Shown here piece by piece: positions 22,901 through 36,065 of a stretch of 64,000 nucleotides of DNA; position 1 is the stretch's first letter, and each line of letters opens with the position of its first letter. Origin of the DNA: Utricularia gibba. Lineage: Eukaryota; Plantae; Magnoliophyta. The stretch covers positions 2,790,001-2,854,000 of the forward strand of contig NEEC01000009.1 of NCBI GenBank assembly GCA_002189035.1. Reading direction: 5' to 3'. The notes under the pieces are model-generated. The model was not told where the DNA came from and searched no databases. It saw only the letters and a list, made by a program, of their open reading frames with translations. The translations under genes and the position numbers were made by a program.

Positions 22901-25900
22901 ATGCGGCCATTAGTGCCTTGAGAAGACTTCCCTTGGATCCTGGAAATCCAGTGTTTCTGCATAGTGCTGTTCAAGGGTTTGACCTTTCACTTTCCATTTT
23001 CCTCATTTTTCAAATTATATCTATTTTTTCTCTAATTATATCTAGTTGTTGATTTAGTATCATTTGGAAGCCAAAAGTTGATCTTTGTGTTCTGCCTATG
23101 TGGTTGAGGATCAACTCCAAGATTTCCATGTTTCAATGCAGAATTTTGTTTTCAGACCACGTTGCTGTGAGGCACTCACTGGAAATTTTATCTGAATTAG
23201 GCACCAAAGATCCCTATGCTGTTGCCATGGCAGTAGGTAAGAACTGGATTTTGTTGATTTAAAAATGTCTATGAATATTTTTTTGATAGATGAATGTCTG
23301 CTCTGGAATCAAAATATGTTTTTTTACCAAACTGATTTATTAGATGTCAAGAAAAAGCATTATAAGTCTGCTGCTCTCATGGAAAATCATTTCTTTAGGA
23401 TATGCTTGATGATTTTGATATTGATGGTGTCTGTTGAACTCCAGCTGGGGAATAAAATCCTTTAGCTTACCCATGGCATTACTTATAAGTGAACTCTAGT
23501 TGGCAAATAAAATCTTTAGATCACACGTCTACATTAGGCCCTATGCATTAGGGAAACGCAACTAGGGCTTGAGGCTTACTACCGTATTTGAGATCAAATA
23601 TTACATCCTCTTCTGCATCAGCAGAACTCCTGAATGAAAAAAAATATATCTGCAGGAATGCTTTGAAGCAAACGATTTTTTCTGCTTGCTTTTCTTTTCT
23701 AAAATCATGTCCTGCTATGGAAAGTTGCCTGTGTAATATTGGATGCCCTATTATATTTGGTGTTTGTATCCTAATCTTTTATCCTTTTTGTGCTCGCAGG
23801 AAAACATGCAGAGCGTGGTGGTATTGTTCATGTTCCGTGCCTTGTTTTATCAATCTCATACCACAACCATCCCTGAGTTTCTTTATGCAATTACCAATGT
23901 CTGAGTTAATGTGAAACAGGGGCACTCCATGATGTTCTCCATTTGCATGATGTTCTTGCTAGAGTTGCTCTAGCTAAGTTGTGCCATGCAATTTCTAGAG
24001 CTCGTGCATTGGATGGTACTCTTTTTGGCATGTTATTTATGCTGCTAGTGATACACAAGTTTGAGTGGATTTTGGTATGCTTCTTCAGATCGTCCGGGTA
24101 TTAAAAGCCTGTTCAATTCGATTCTCTTTCAACTCATATTGGATCCCAGTGACAGAGTCTGTTTTGAGGCTATATGTTGTGTACTTGGAAAATTTGATAG
24201 TTCAGAGAGGTAATCTAGAACTACTGATTTCACCCCTTTTTTTAAATTCTAGTACGGTATGAAATATATACATGACTATCCGTCAATTCAATTTTTTTTT
24301 TTTTAATTTAGAACTGAGGAAAGAGCAGCAGGTTGGTATCGTATAACTCGGGAAATATTGAAGGCACCAGATGTGATTTCCACTAAAGACTCAAGCACCG
24401 GTGACAAAGATTCAGTCCCGCCCAAGTCCACAAAAGATAAAACGTCAAAATCAAGGCGGCCACAACCACTGATCAAACTTGTAATGCGAAGGTAACATCT
24501 TCATTTGTTAGGTTAGACTGTACCCTCAAACTCTGGAATTATCTCTTTAGTTCTTGTCATCTTGTAAACATTTCCATTTGTTGAATTCAGTTCCCATTAT
24601 CCTTGCAATTCATAGTTTCTACTTTTAACAGGCTGGAAAGATCATTCCGGAGTTTTTCACGACCAATATTGCATGCAGCAGCAAGGGTTGTGCAAGAAAT
24701 GGGGAAAAGTCGTGCTGCTGCATTTGCTCTAGGATTACAAGACATTGATGAAGGAGTTGAAATTAGTTCTTACATAAACAGTGATGTAGATGGAGATATA
24801 AATCCCACAGCACCATCTGAAGGTAATGGTTGAAATCATCAATTTCTGTTATGTCCATGATATGGGTAAATTTCCTGTGGGAATCACGATCTTAAGGTAA
24901 TGGAAGAAGTCAATGCTTTCTGCTATTCGTCTAATATCAGTGGTTTCTTGACGGTATTCTGGATAGTTGAGCTCAGAGATTTACCTTTTCGGCTTTGTTG
25001 ATTATCTCTTTTATGCGACTGGATTTCTAAAATTCTTCTCTATCTTCTATTTGGGAGTATTGCGTTCAGTAGATACTAATTTTGGTGTTATTTTCCAACA
25101 TAAATGAGCATTAGGCTAGTTTTTTATGATGTTTTCATGTTTAGAGGCTTTATATAATTTACTGCATGTCTTATCCTGAGCTCACTTCTTATCAGACATT
25201 TTTCTTTGGTTCATATCACCCATCGTTAGGCATTGACAGAGTTCCCTCATTATCCGCTGGGGGCTCAGCTGATACCATTGCAAGTTTGTTGGCTTCTCTG
25301 ATGGAAGCTGTGCGTACAACTATAGCGTGCGAATGTGTGTATGTTCGTGCTATGGTCATTAAATCACTTATATGGATGCAAAGTCCATATGAATCTTTTG
25401 ATGAACTTGAATCAATTATTGCATCGGAGCTGTCTGATCCATCCTGGCCAGCATCCCTACTTAACGAGATCCTACTTACATTGCATGCAAGATTCAAGGT
25501 TTGTGGAATGTGTGTTTGCGTTATTCACTGCATCCAATACCTGTTATTCTGATGCCTAATTTTGGTAAATACCTTTAGATATAGGTTTAGCCGATTCCAC
25601 AATCCTTCATATTTAGATATAGTCATTCCAGTTGATGCGTATAACTGATCCCACATCCTGTCAAAAAGGCTATCTTTCTTGTTGTTATGTATGTATTCCT
25701 TTCTGTTTTGATAGCTCAGAATGAATTGTCTATGTACTTATGTGGTGAAGGGTGTTATGTCTTAAATTTACCACTAATCTCACCCTATACCCAAGGGCAG
25801 ATCTGATGGATTGCTGTCCCATTTTATTATCTCAACCTATCAGGCTACACCAGATATGGCAGTGACGCTTCTTGAAATTGCAAGGATATTTGCAACTAAA

Positions 25901-28900
25901 GTTCCTGGGAAGGTTGATGCGGATGTACTTCAACTTCTATGGAAGGTACGTTAGAATGAATGATAGCGTGACATATATCCGTAAGTGTTTGTATTCAAAC
26001 TTGTTTCCATGCTATTTTTGCATTTAGTCTTTGTAATTACCTGCAATGTAGACGTGTTTGGTTGGAGCTGGGCCTGAAGGAAAGCATACTGCTTTGGAAG
26101 CAGTCACATTAGTTCTGGATTTACCTCCACCTCAGCCTGGCTCGAGTTTGGGAGTCACCTCAGTTGATATGATTTCAGCGGCTGATCCAAAATCAGCTCT
26201 TGCTCTGCAGAGATTAGTTCAAGCTGCGGTAAATTGATAGCAACTTGCATGTGTATCTTATTGGCAGAAGGGCTGCGTGCCATTAACTTGATGGTTTGGT
26301 GCCTTTTTACAGTTGCTAATGCTGGGATTTTTTTTTCTGCTTGCAGGTTTGGTTTCTTGGAGAAAATGCAAATTATGCCGCTTCAGAATATGCTTGGGAG
26401 TCTGCTACTCCACCTGGTACTGCATTAATGATGCTCGATGCAGATAAAATGGTTGCTGCTGCCAGCTCTCGCAATCCTACACTTGCTGGTGCTCTAACTC
26501 GACTGCAAAGATGTGCTTTCAGTGGAAGTTGGGAAGTACGCATGCTTTCTTCACATGTTTCCATAGAAAGTTGATGGCCTATGCATCTCTTTATTTCCAT
26601 TTTTCCTGCGACCATTTTTCTGGTCGTAACTTTGACTGATTTCAATTTATTTTATCTTAAGTGTATCTAGTATAATAAAACAGAAATATGCTGTCCACCT
26701 GCTGCAGAGTATCATCAGTAACTTGAACAATAGAAGGTGCCTCATATGCGTTTTCTGTATGTTGGTTTATAGATTCGCATCGTTGCTGCCCAAGCTCTTA
26801 CCACTTTGGCAATTAGATCTGGTGAACCTTATAGGCTACAAATTTACGAGTTCCTGCATACACTGGCTCAAGGTGGTGTGCAGTCTCAGTTTTCTGATAT
26901 CCATACTAGCAATGGTGAAGATCAGGGGGCTAGTGGTACTGGTTTAGGATCTTTGATAAGTCCTATGCTGAAGGTCCTAGATGAAATGTATAGTGCACAA
27001 GACGAGCTCATAAAGTAAGGATTAAAAATTTTCATTTGTTTATTTTGTTTATGTTTGTGGGTTTTTTGATTTTCTGCACTGGCATGCTCAGGGAGATGCG
27101 TAATCATGACAATGCCAAAAAGGAGTGGACGGATGACGAGCTTAAGAAGCTATATGAAACCCATGAAAGGTTGTTGGACCTTGTCTCACTTTTTTGTTTC
27201 GTTCCCAGGACAAAATATCTACCTTTGGGTCCAACAAGGTATTTAATCTTTTTTCCCTTTATTGATGAATTCAGCTTTTGACAGTTTTATATGCCGCTAG
27301 TGTGTGTGATATATGAATCCCGGTTAATCCATGAAGAAGTAGGCTATGTATGCATGGGGTTTGACTTCTATTTTATCCTTGAAGTTGTGGTGCATAGATT
27401 TGCTCATTAGAATGATAGTAAGATTGGATTCATTTGTCATTATTCTTATTTTCAAGAGTGTGATCTTCAATTAATTTTTCACAATCTGTTTCTTGGTTGA
27501 TTTGTTAACTGCTACAGTGCGAAACTGATTGACATCTATCGGACTCGGCATAATATAAGTGCGTCGGCTGGCCTTAGTGATCCTGCTGTTGCAACAGGGA
27601 TATCTGACCTTATTTATGAAACTTCTAAAACCAAGTTCTCTGATCTTGTCTATGAATCTGCCAAACCAAGGTCATCTGATCCAGAAGCACTTGATGATGA
27701 CCTTGTCAACTTTTGGGCTACCAATCTGGCTGATGATGGTGCACCTGCTATGAGTCGAGTAAGAATTAATTATTCTGCTTATAATGTAGTGACTTTTCAA
27801 AAATACGAGAATATATTCATTTTCTATTATTTCAGAGTATTTTCTGTCCTAGGATGGATCTGATTACATTCCATTTTAAACTGAATTTTAAGGTTTTGCC
27901 GCTGTTTGGAGAGATATTCAACCACTCTTCCCTAGTTGTTTAGTACTCCATTTGAGTGATGATTTGATCATACATCACCAGTTGCAGTATCATAATTGTG
28001 TCTATCTGTCACATCAGTTAATTTAATATGTTCTGATGTGAAATTTGCAATCCGACCCGTTTCAATAAAGATCCAATTACCATGAATTAGCCAGATTTTC
28101 CTTAAACTTTAATGTACTTTGTATAGGTCAACGAATTTTTAGCAGGCGCTGGAACTGATGCTCCTGATGTTGAGGAAGAGAACATCACATCAAGACCCTC
28201 AATGAGTTATGACGATATGTGGGCGAAGAGCTTGTTGGAAACAGCAGAAGCAGGGGTTATTACAATGATCTGATGCTTGTCTTTGATGTATTATCTGTAA
28301 ATCATGGCTGTAGAGTCGTTTGTTTGACTAATTGTTTGATTTATCAGGAATATGATGCCAGATCATCTGGTTCCTCATCCCCAGATTCAAGAGAATCAGT
28401 TGAGACATCTATATCCTCCCACTTTGGAGGAATGAGCTATCCATCATTATTTAGCTCTAAGCCATCTTCTCTTGGGCCTTCCCAGCTCAAGGTATTGAAA
28501 GAACCTACATATTTTACCCCATCTAAAAAAGGATAAAATCTTAATTCCTTGTCCAAACGTTTGCACTTGGGTACTGGCGTTGTCTTCATATAAAGTGACT
28601 ACGTTTTTTTCTTGTGTGTGATTTACTAAACTTTATGATTTGCTGTGACTAAACTAGGCAAGATGCTGGACACCTGTTTTTTTTTTTTTTTTTTTTTTTG
28701 TTGCATCTCGATGCTCTTTATATTGCTACATGAAGTCATCTTGATTTGAGAACCATGTTTAAAATATGGCATTTGCAGGAACGGACCGGTGGGACTAGAT
28801 ATAGCAGCACCTATGAGGGTCTTGGATCCCCGGTACAGAAAGAAAATATACCATGTTATATCGAAATGAAACTCGATTCTGATGTTAAACTGGATGCAGA

Positions 28901-29569
28901 TTAGAGAAGAACCTCCTCCATATTCTTCTCCAGATCGTCAAAGCCAAGAGTCTTTTGTGAATCCCTTGGCAGGAACTGGCAACCCCAAGTTTGGAACAGC
29001 TCTTTATGATTTTACCGCTGGTGGCGATGATGAGGTGATTCTTATAAGTAAATAAGTGCGACATGCTAATTACATTTGGATGCTTCCATGTCAGTTACCT
29101 TAAGGGATCCTAAACTACCTTAATGGTTTCGTCATCTTATTTCATTGTTCAATTAACTAACTATGGAGCCTACATGTCAGTTACCTTAAGCTTGTGCTCC
29201 TTGCAGCTGAATCTTACTGCTGGAGAAGAAGTTGAGATTGAGGATGAAGTAGATGGCTGGTTCTATGTAAGTATTAGCATAACACTGACAGTTTATCCTA
29301 TGAGACTTGTTTTTTACACAACGCTGACTTGTTACCTCGTGTAATTGCTGGTAAGGGGTTTTGTTTCTTTTCAAAATTTCCACTGATTTTTTATTCAACT
29401 AGTTTTATTTTGACATCGTAGCATAACTTTATATGTAAAATTCTCGTGGACTCGCTCCAACATCTCCCATTGTTCTAAATGTTGGCCTCCACAGGTCAGG
29501 AAGAAACGTGCTGGGAGAGATGGGAGGACAGTAGGCCTGGTCCCTGTGCTTTATGTCCAACAGTCCTAA
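19949..29569 (+). CDS. TASH3: TPLATE complex subunit TASH3 (C-terminal SH3 domain), about 27 exons
   Basis: Micro first exon ATGTCG|gtaagt. Exons read DSSGVTLMDL..., VFPKLAVYNSVDPSLAPSLLM, GGGIPTPNWDALADID, HARRLQALKALTY, TALYDFTAGGDDE-LNLTAGEEVEIEDEVDGWFY-VRKKRAGRDGRTVGLVPVLYVQQS*. The introns I traced are all GT-AG and frame-consistent. Confidence 0.93.
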
Positions 29570-30172
29570 CAAAGGCATGAAAAGCACTGCACCGTTTTTG
29601 CTGCTGTCCGCATATATAGAGATCAACGCAGGTCTAGCAAGACATGAACATGGCACAGACCAGTGATTGATGAACAAAAGGTAGATAATGATATTCTTGT
29701 ATCTCAATGGCATCCATTTTCTTTATTGCAACTGAGATAGAGGAGCATGAGCTTGTTGTAACTGTTCATTGGTTTAATTTTTGGAGTTGTTTGCCTGTTG
29801 CACTTGGTGCGTGTGTGCGGCCTGTTGAGTCTTACTGCCATTTCCTCCTCTTGACAATCCGACAAGGAGGCCTGGCTGGCCGGTTCACTGAATCAACTGA
29901 CCAGGTAGACGTTTGAGGATATCTAAAGCCTTTTAGCCAGATAAAAAAAGCTTGTCAGCTCTATATATTGCCACTTCCCTTATATGATGTAATCCGTTTA
30001 CCATTTACCACATGCTACAAAAAAACTGAGACTCATTGAAATACACAACATGAGGCCGCAAATAACTCTTAGTTCACATGCCATTAGGTGACTATGGTCT
30101 TTTTCTTCACAAAGCAGATCCCTTGTAGGCTGTTCACATGCTGTCTCTTCCTCCCTGTGTGGCAGTGATTCT

Positions 30173-31647
30173 TCAGTTTGGTTGCAACATCTTTCCATGG
30201 TGCTTCTTTTCTTCATTCACTATGGACAAAAAAGTCATTCTAGAGATATCAAGTAAGCAACTTACAGTAAAAAAATGTTTGGAAGATTGTCTGAGGTCCT
30301 CCTGGTGATCTTGCTAGCCGACAAGGACAAATGGTGAATACCTTTATCTCTGGTAGGCAAATTAACACGGAGGGCAACTTTTGGGCTGTTGGAAAAAGCG
30401 TGAACTTCATTTGAGTTTATGCATTTCCTGCGCTGTGAGATATCTGGAGAACTTGATGAGATCTTGTCAGCAGGAGGACTGTTCCGAGGTTCCTTTGAGC
30501 TTCTGTTTTGGGGCACCTCATTCGCGAAAAAAGAAGTGACAACTCCTTTCATCTTCTCCACAACTCCGGCATCCCCCCGCTTCTACTCCTGGGGCTAATG
30601 GCCTCCGATATAGCTTGTGAAAGTGCTCTTGCATCATCCCCTGGCTCCAGTTTGTTCTTCAAATACTCCTTTATGGAAACACCCTTGTCCCCAGCTTGTG
30701 GGGTAGTGGATGACAGATGCCCTGCCGTTTCACTAATTTCACATTCTTTTATCTTCTCACCCCCTGCTTCGCAGATGGGAGCATCACATTGTCCCAAGTC
30801 ATGTGTCTCTTCCATGCCCCTTGCTTCATGCTCTGTGGGAACAACTTCTTCCCTCTCCTGTGTTCCTTTTGTGGCCACTGCAAGATCAGCAGCCTTTGCA
30901 GTGATGGCTTCTGTTGCACCACAAGCAGGCACCAGTTTATCAGAAGCATCCTTCGTTCCCATGCTCTCAACAACCGGCTCCTCCTCCTCCAGTGCATACT
31001 GTACCGTGTTCGGCACCCTGTGCTTCTCCGAAACCACCGGCACTGCTCGGGGACGCTGCCTGGCGTTCTCCTTCAAACTCTCAGGTGCAGCCTCTGATTC
31101 ATACACTGATGATGCAAAAAAGAAACAGTTATTTCAAACACACAAGGTGCAAGTCTCCCTATATTCATTCATTCAGAGGATCAGATCAGTGTTGTGGGTA
31201 CTTACTCGGGGCTCCGAGATATTCCGGATCCTCATCGACTCCATCATCTTCATCATTGAAGTCCTCCACATTGGCATTGGTACCAGAAGATGGGGTGGTG
31301 CTCCCATCATTCGTCTCAAGGATCTGCCTCCTCTTGATGCTCAGGGAGCCTCTCAGCTTCTTGGCTCTCTCCCTCACCTTGGCCAGAACCGACTTCTTGC
31401 CCGGAGTAGAGCACACGTTCTCCTCCTGGTTATGATCCGTCGTCCGCACCAGCCGGGGCGATGCGCTGCTCTTGGGCCATTGCGCATCTTCTGAAACAAG
31501 ACAATCAACAGCAGCAAGATGGGGAAGGGGATTGATTGGATCAAATTCCTTGCCTCTCAGCAGCTGCTCGAAAGTGGGAGAGATCTGGTTCACATTTCCG
31601 GAGGCTCTTGGGCTGCCTGAAAGCTTTCGAATGTTGAGTTGAGCCAT
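30173..31647 (-). CDS. Low-temperature-induced 65 kDa / CAP160-like hydrophilic stress protein, apparent 1-bp deletion at 30573-30578
   Basis: Exons 31647-31554, 31490-31206, 31105-30342, 30219-30173. Motifs KKSVLAKVRERAKKLR, DPEYLGAPMYESE, SQAISEAISPR, GVVEKMKGVVTSFF, C-terminus EEKKHHGKMLQPN*. First intron is GC-AG. Confidence 0.8.
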
Positions 31648-33644
31648 CAACAAGCTATAGGAAACAACTTGGGGCGGATCGCCATCCATGATATGAAGAC
31701 ATGTTGTGCACTAAAAATAGGGTTTTGCTGTTTCGGGTGAGTCATGCTTCTCTTCCTCTTTTCATGGGAATCCTCGTGTTCCAGTCCCCCCCAAAACCAG
31801 TCTTTTAACAAGAGGTTGAATCCCTGCTTCGGTTGAGTAATAGATTTAATTTGAAAAAATAATATTATTATTATTTTATAAATAATCTTATAGAGTAATA
31901 GCATAACGATATATTTGAATTATTTATATTTATATCAATTAATGATATACCATAACCGAAGCTCATGATCGGTTTCGATTATAAGATAACTTATAATTAA
32001 AAACAAAATTTGACGATTTAGTTGTAGAATTAAATTGGAAGAAGAGTTTAAGGGTTGGGCATGAAAATGATGGGGAGGATTATCATCACCCTGTCCATCA
32101 CTAAACAGATTCTCCTTAAGACAAGGAAAGACAGCAACATTACACCTTATTAACTAAATAAAATAACCTTAAAAATGGTCTTATTCTAGCCCCATTCTTG
32201 CCCTCCATTCTCTCTTTGCTGGACTACAATTTTTTTAAAAAAAATATAAAGTCCAAAAAAATAGTCAAACATGATGAATAATATTAATATGGAAAAATTT
32301 AGATGTAATGATCTATTTTATATTTATATGATATTGTACGTTTTAGGTACTCAATTCTTACTTTTTTACATTCTTTTCTTTTGAAGAAAAAAGCCTCATG
32401 GAAACAACTCAAAAGCACAATGAATATATTCCAAGATCAATCCAACAAACAAACCATGCTCGCTAAGCAAGACATGTCATAGAATTGGCTCATGACTACA
32501 TAGATTATTTAGAAAAATGACCGTCTATACATTCTATCATATATATTAAATTAAAAAAAATTATATTACAATTGATTACTTTTCTCACACAATAATGAAA
32601 AGATAAATGAATTTATAATACACTTTAACTTAGCCCATTCAATAAACAAGAAAATAAAATCAACTGAAGATAAAAAAAAAATTTCAATAATATCCATAGA
32701 ATATTTGTTATCATATGTTTTTCAAAATATATATGACACCATCATCCCAAATAATTCCAAAAATATATTAATTTCAATTATGTAAATTAGATTTTAAAGT
32801 ATCATGAACAACCGTACGGCCTGGTAATTCATTTCGATCACGTGCAGGCAAACAACGATGTGCAGGTGCACCTATTGGCTACTGTGCTACTCCCTTTACT
32901 ACCATTTCTTTTTTTTTTAATGTAAAATAATGAATACATAAACGTCACCACCCTATTCTCGTGGTCCTTCCCTCACGTGATCATAACTTTTCTAAACGAA
33001 GGGGGGAAACATTTTTTTTTCGGAAGGAAAAAAATCCCAGTGTTTTTATTTCACTGGTACTTTGAAAAAAGACAAATAATTTATTTAACCCCTCAAATAA
33101 TCGAAGATTAAAATCGTGATTAGTGATTAAAAAACATCATAAAATGATAATTAATTAGAAAATTAGCATCATGAGCTGAATTGATTGGGAATGGTAACGT
33201 AAGCGTTGGATTCGGATTCGGATTCCAGCTTTTGATTTGCTGTAAATTAATTAGTCCTAATCTCACATCACATAAAGTGATTAATGTAACATTTTTTTAA
33301 TTTAAAAAATATTTAAAAAGAATAAATGAAATTTTATTTATTAATAAAATAAATATGAGAATTGCCGATGGGGCGAGTTAGGAATTAATGCATTGCGTTA
33401 CATGAAGGGCGAATAAAGAGGGGGAGTGGCGCTGGTAGCTGTGGCATAAAAGCCTTTTCCTCCACTCAAACGGAGATACGAAAAACCCTCCATTTCTTCC
33501 GCTGGGAGTTCCTCTACCGCCGCCGTGGTCTTCCCCGAGGTCTTCCGGTTGGACCCACGTTGTGGGTTGGGGATCTTTTCTTAGTTTTTTTTGTGAAAGT
33601 TGGTGTCTTTGTTTTTGATTGTTAAATGTCTGGGGTTGTCTGAG

Positions 33645-35803
33645 ATGAAGATTTGGAGCTGCATTTGGGGTTGCAGCTTTGGTTTTGTGTTTCTCGTTGG
33701 TCTTGTGTGTTGCTACGGTGAAGCTGGGGAGTTTGGAAATGGGAAATTGACGGATTTGGAGGTTGGGTTTGTGAAGAAAAGGCAGCTGCTTTACTACTTG
33801 GATGAGTTTGGAGACAGGGGGGAGAATGTTTCGGTTGATTCTTCGCTACATTTTGAGAATCCGAGGCTCCGATCCGCTTACATCGCGTTGCAAGCGTGGA
33901 AGGAGGCTATTCTTTCAGATCCTCTGAATCTTACTGAGAATTGGGTTGGATCTGATGTGTGTAGCTACACCGGAGTGTTCTGCGCTCCGGCGCTTGATGA
34001 CCCGGCGGTGCGTACCGTCGCGGGAATTGATCTGAACCATGGGAACATTGCTGGGTATTTGCCGGAGGAGTTGGGCCTCCTCGTAGATCTTGGGATTTTT
34101 CACATCAATTCGAATCGTTTCTGTGGTAAAATTCCTCGCAAGTTTGAGAACTTGAAGATTCTGTTTGAGCTTGACTTGAGCAACAACAGGTTCGCCGGGA
34201 AATTCCCCAGTGTTGTTCTGAGTTTGCCGCAGTTAATGTATTTGGATATTCGTTACAATGAGTTTGAAGGAAGTGTGCCGCGGGAGCTCTTCGATAAGCC
34301 GACGCTGGATGCGATTTTCATCAACCACAATGGATTCGTCTCGGCGATACCGGATAATTTTGGGAATTCGCCGGTTTCGGTTATCGTGACGGCGGGGAAT
34401 GGGTTTCATGGCTGCGTCCCGGCGAGTGTGGGCAACATGTCGAGGCTGAATGAGATCATATTGATGAACAGTGGGCTGAGATCGTGCTTGCCGCCTGAGA
34501 TTGGGCTTTTGAAAAACGTCACGGTTTTTGATGCAAGCTACAATAATCTGGTTGGGTCGTTGCCGGAGACCATCGGTGGAATGGTGAGCTTAGAGCAGTT
34601 GAACGTGGCACACAATTTTCTTACGGGGACGATTCCGGCGAGTGTCTGTGAGCTTCCTAAGCTTGAGAATTTTACCTTCTCGTACAACTTTTTCACCGGG
34701 GAGCCGCCGGTGTGCTTGGATTTGCCGACGGTGGATGATCGTCGGAATTGCTTGCCTGCTCGGCCGAAACAGAGGTCCGCGGCAGAGTGCACGGCGATTG
34801 TGTCGAAGAAATTTCATTGTGGCGCTTTCAAGTGCAAGCCTTTTCTTCGTCCCTCGCCTCCGCTTCCGCCGGTGTCCTCACCTCCACCTCTGGTTTATTC
34901 CCCACCGCCTCCATCGCCACCTCCTCCGGTTTACTCACCTCCACCACCTTCGCCCCTCCTCCGTCGCCTCCGCCACCGACTTATTCCCACCGCCTCCGTC
35001 TCCTCCTCCTCCGGTTTACTCACCTCCACCACCTTCGCCCCTCCTCCGTCGCCTCCGCCACCGACTTATTCCCCACCGCCTCCGTCTCCTCCTCCTCCGG
35101 TTTACTCACCTCCACCACCTTCGCCCCCTCCTCCGTCGCCTCCGCCACCGACTTATTCCCCACCGCCTCCGTCTCCACCCCCTCCGGTTTACTCACCTCC
35201 ACCACCTTCGCCCCCTCCTCCGTCGCCTCCGCCACCGACTTATTCCCCACCGCCTCCGGTTTACTCACCTCCGCCACCTTCGCCCCCACCTCCGCTTTAT
35301 TCTCCTCCACCACCGTCACCCCACCTCCGCTTTATTCTCCTCCACCACCGTCGCCCCCACCTCCGCTTTATTCTCCTCCACCACCGTCGCCCCCACCTCC
35401 GCTTTATTCTCCTCCACCACCGTCGCCTCCGCCACCAGTTTATTCCCCTCCACCACCTCCGCCGGTTTACTCTCCTCCACCTCCGCCTCCATCGCCTCCT
35501 CCACCGCCTCCTCCATCGCCTCCCCCGCCACCGCCGCCACCCTCTTCGCCTCCGCCACCAATTCCTTACTACTACAGGTCACCGCCTCCCTTGCACTCTC
35601 CTCCCCCGCCCACCTTTTCCCCTCCATCACCTCCGCCCTGTACAGAACCACCCCCACCAGTTTACAAACCTCCTCCATCACCTTCACCCCCGCCACCCTA
35701 CCTGTATTACTCTCCTCCGCCACCATCCCCAGTATTCCAAGGTCCATTACCTCCGGTGATCGGAGTCTCCTACGCCTCTCCTCCTCCACCACCCTTCTAT
35801 TGA
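33645..35803 (+). CDS. LRX: Leucine-rich repeat extensin (LRX3/LRX4-like), intronless, four apparent 1-bp deletions in the extensin repeats
   Basis: Signal peptide, RQLLYYLDEFGDRGENV...FENPRLRSAYIALQAWK N-terminus, LRR domain, Cys-rich hinge, Ser-Pro4/Tyr repeats, terminal LPPVIGVSYASPPPPPFY*. Confidence 0.93.
34950..35430 (+). repeat. Coding tandem repeats of the extensin domain (87-nt and 36-nt units)
   Basis: Unit starts at 34950, 35035, 35121, 35208 (spacings 85, 86, 87). These are followed by about four copies of a 36-nt PPLYSPPPPSPP unit. Confidence 0.9.
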
Positions 35804-36030
35804 TTATTTCATTGTTTCCCAAGCCTAAACCACCACAGAAAACAGAGAAAAGTTAACCCATTTCAGCCATGGCCACCCATGATTCTCATCCCTTTGATGA
35901 GGTGAAGAAACAGAGAACTGAAACCCATGTTGTGAAATTTGACCCCAGGAAGTTGCAATGTGTACTTAAATTTGAGGATTTCCCAATATGATTCCTCCTC
36001 GTATTTTCAATTTGTTGTGTATCAGCAAGA

Positions 36031-36065
36031 GGCAATCGGCAACCGGCAACAGGCACTCGGCACCC
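36031..36065. repeat. Degenerate 7-bp minisatellite (GGCAAYC-like) x5
   Basis: GGCAATC GGCAACC GGCAACA GGCACTC GGCACCC. Confidence 0.7.

Noticed and set aside
30240-30345. Apparent extra frameshift at the T7 run near 30270 in the LTI65-like gene
   Set aside because: Using the donor AAAG|gtattc at 30341 gives a correctly phased last exon, so the T run is intronic.
30508-31494. 328-aa plus-strand ORF, and similar long shadow ORFs (34642-35856, 35020-35822 minus, 11525-12025, 16939-17559 minus, 2214-2723 minus)
   Set aside because: They are antisense or alternative-frame shadows of real low-complexity or GC-rich genes (LTI65-like, LRX, OPS, OHP1, GT14), with no recognisable motifs.
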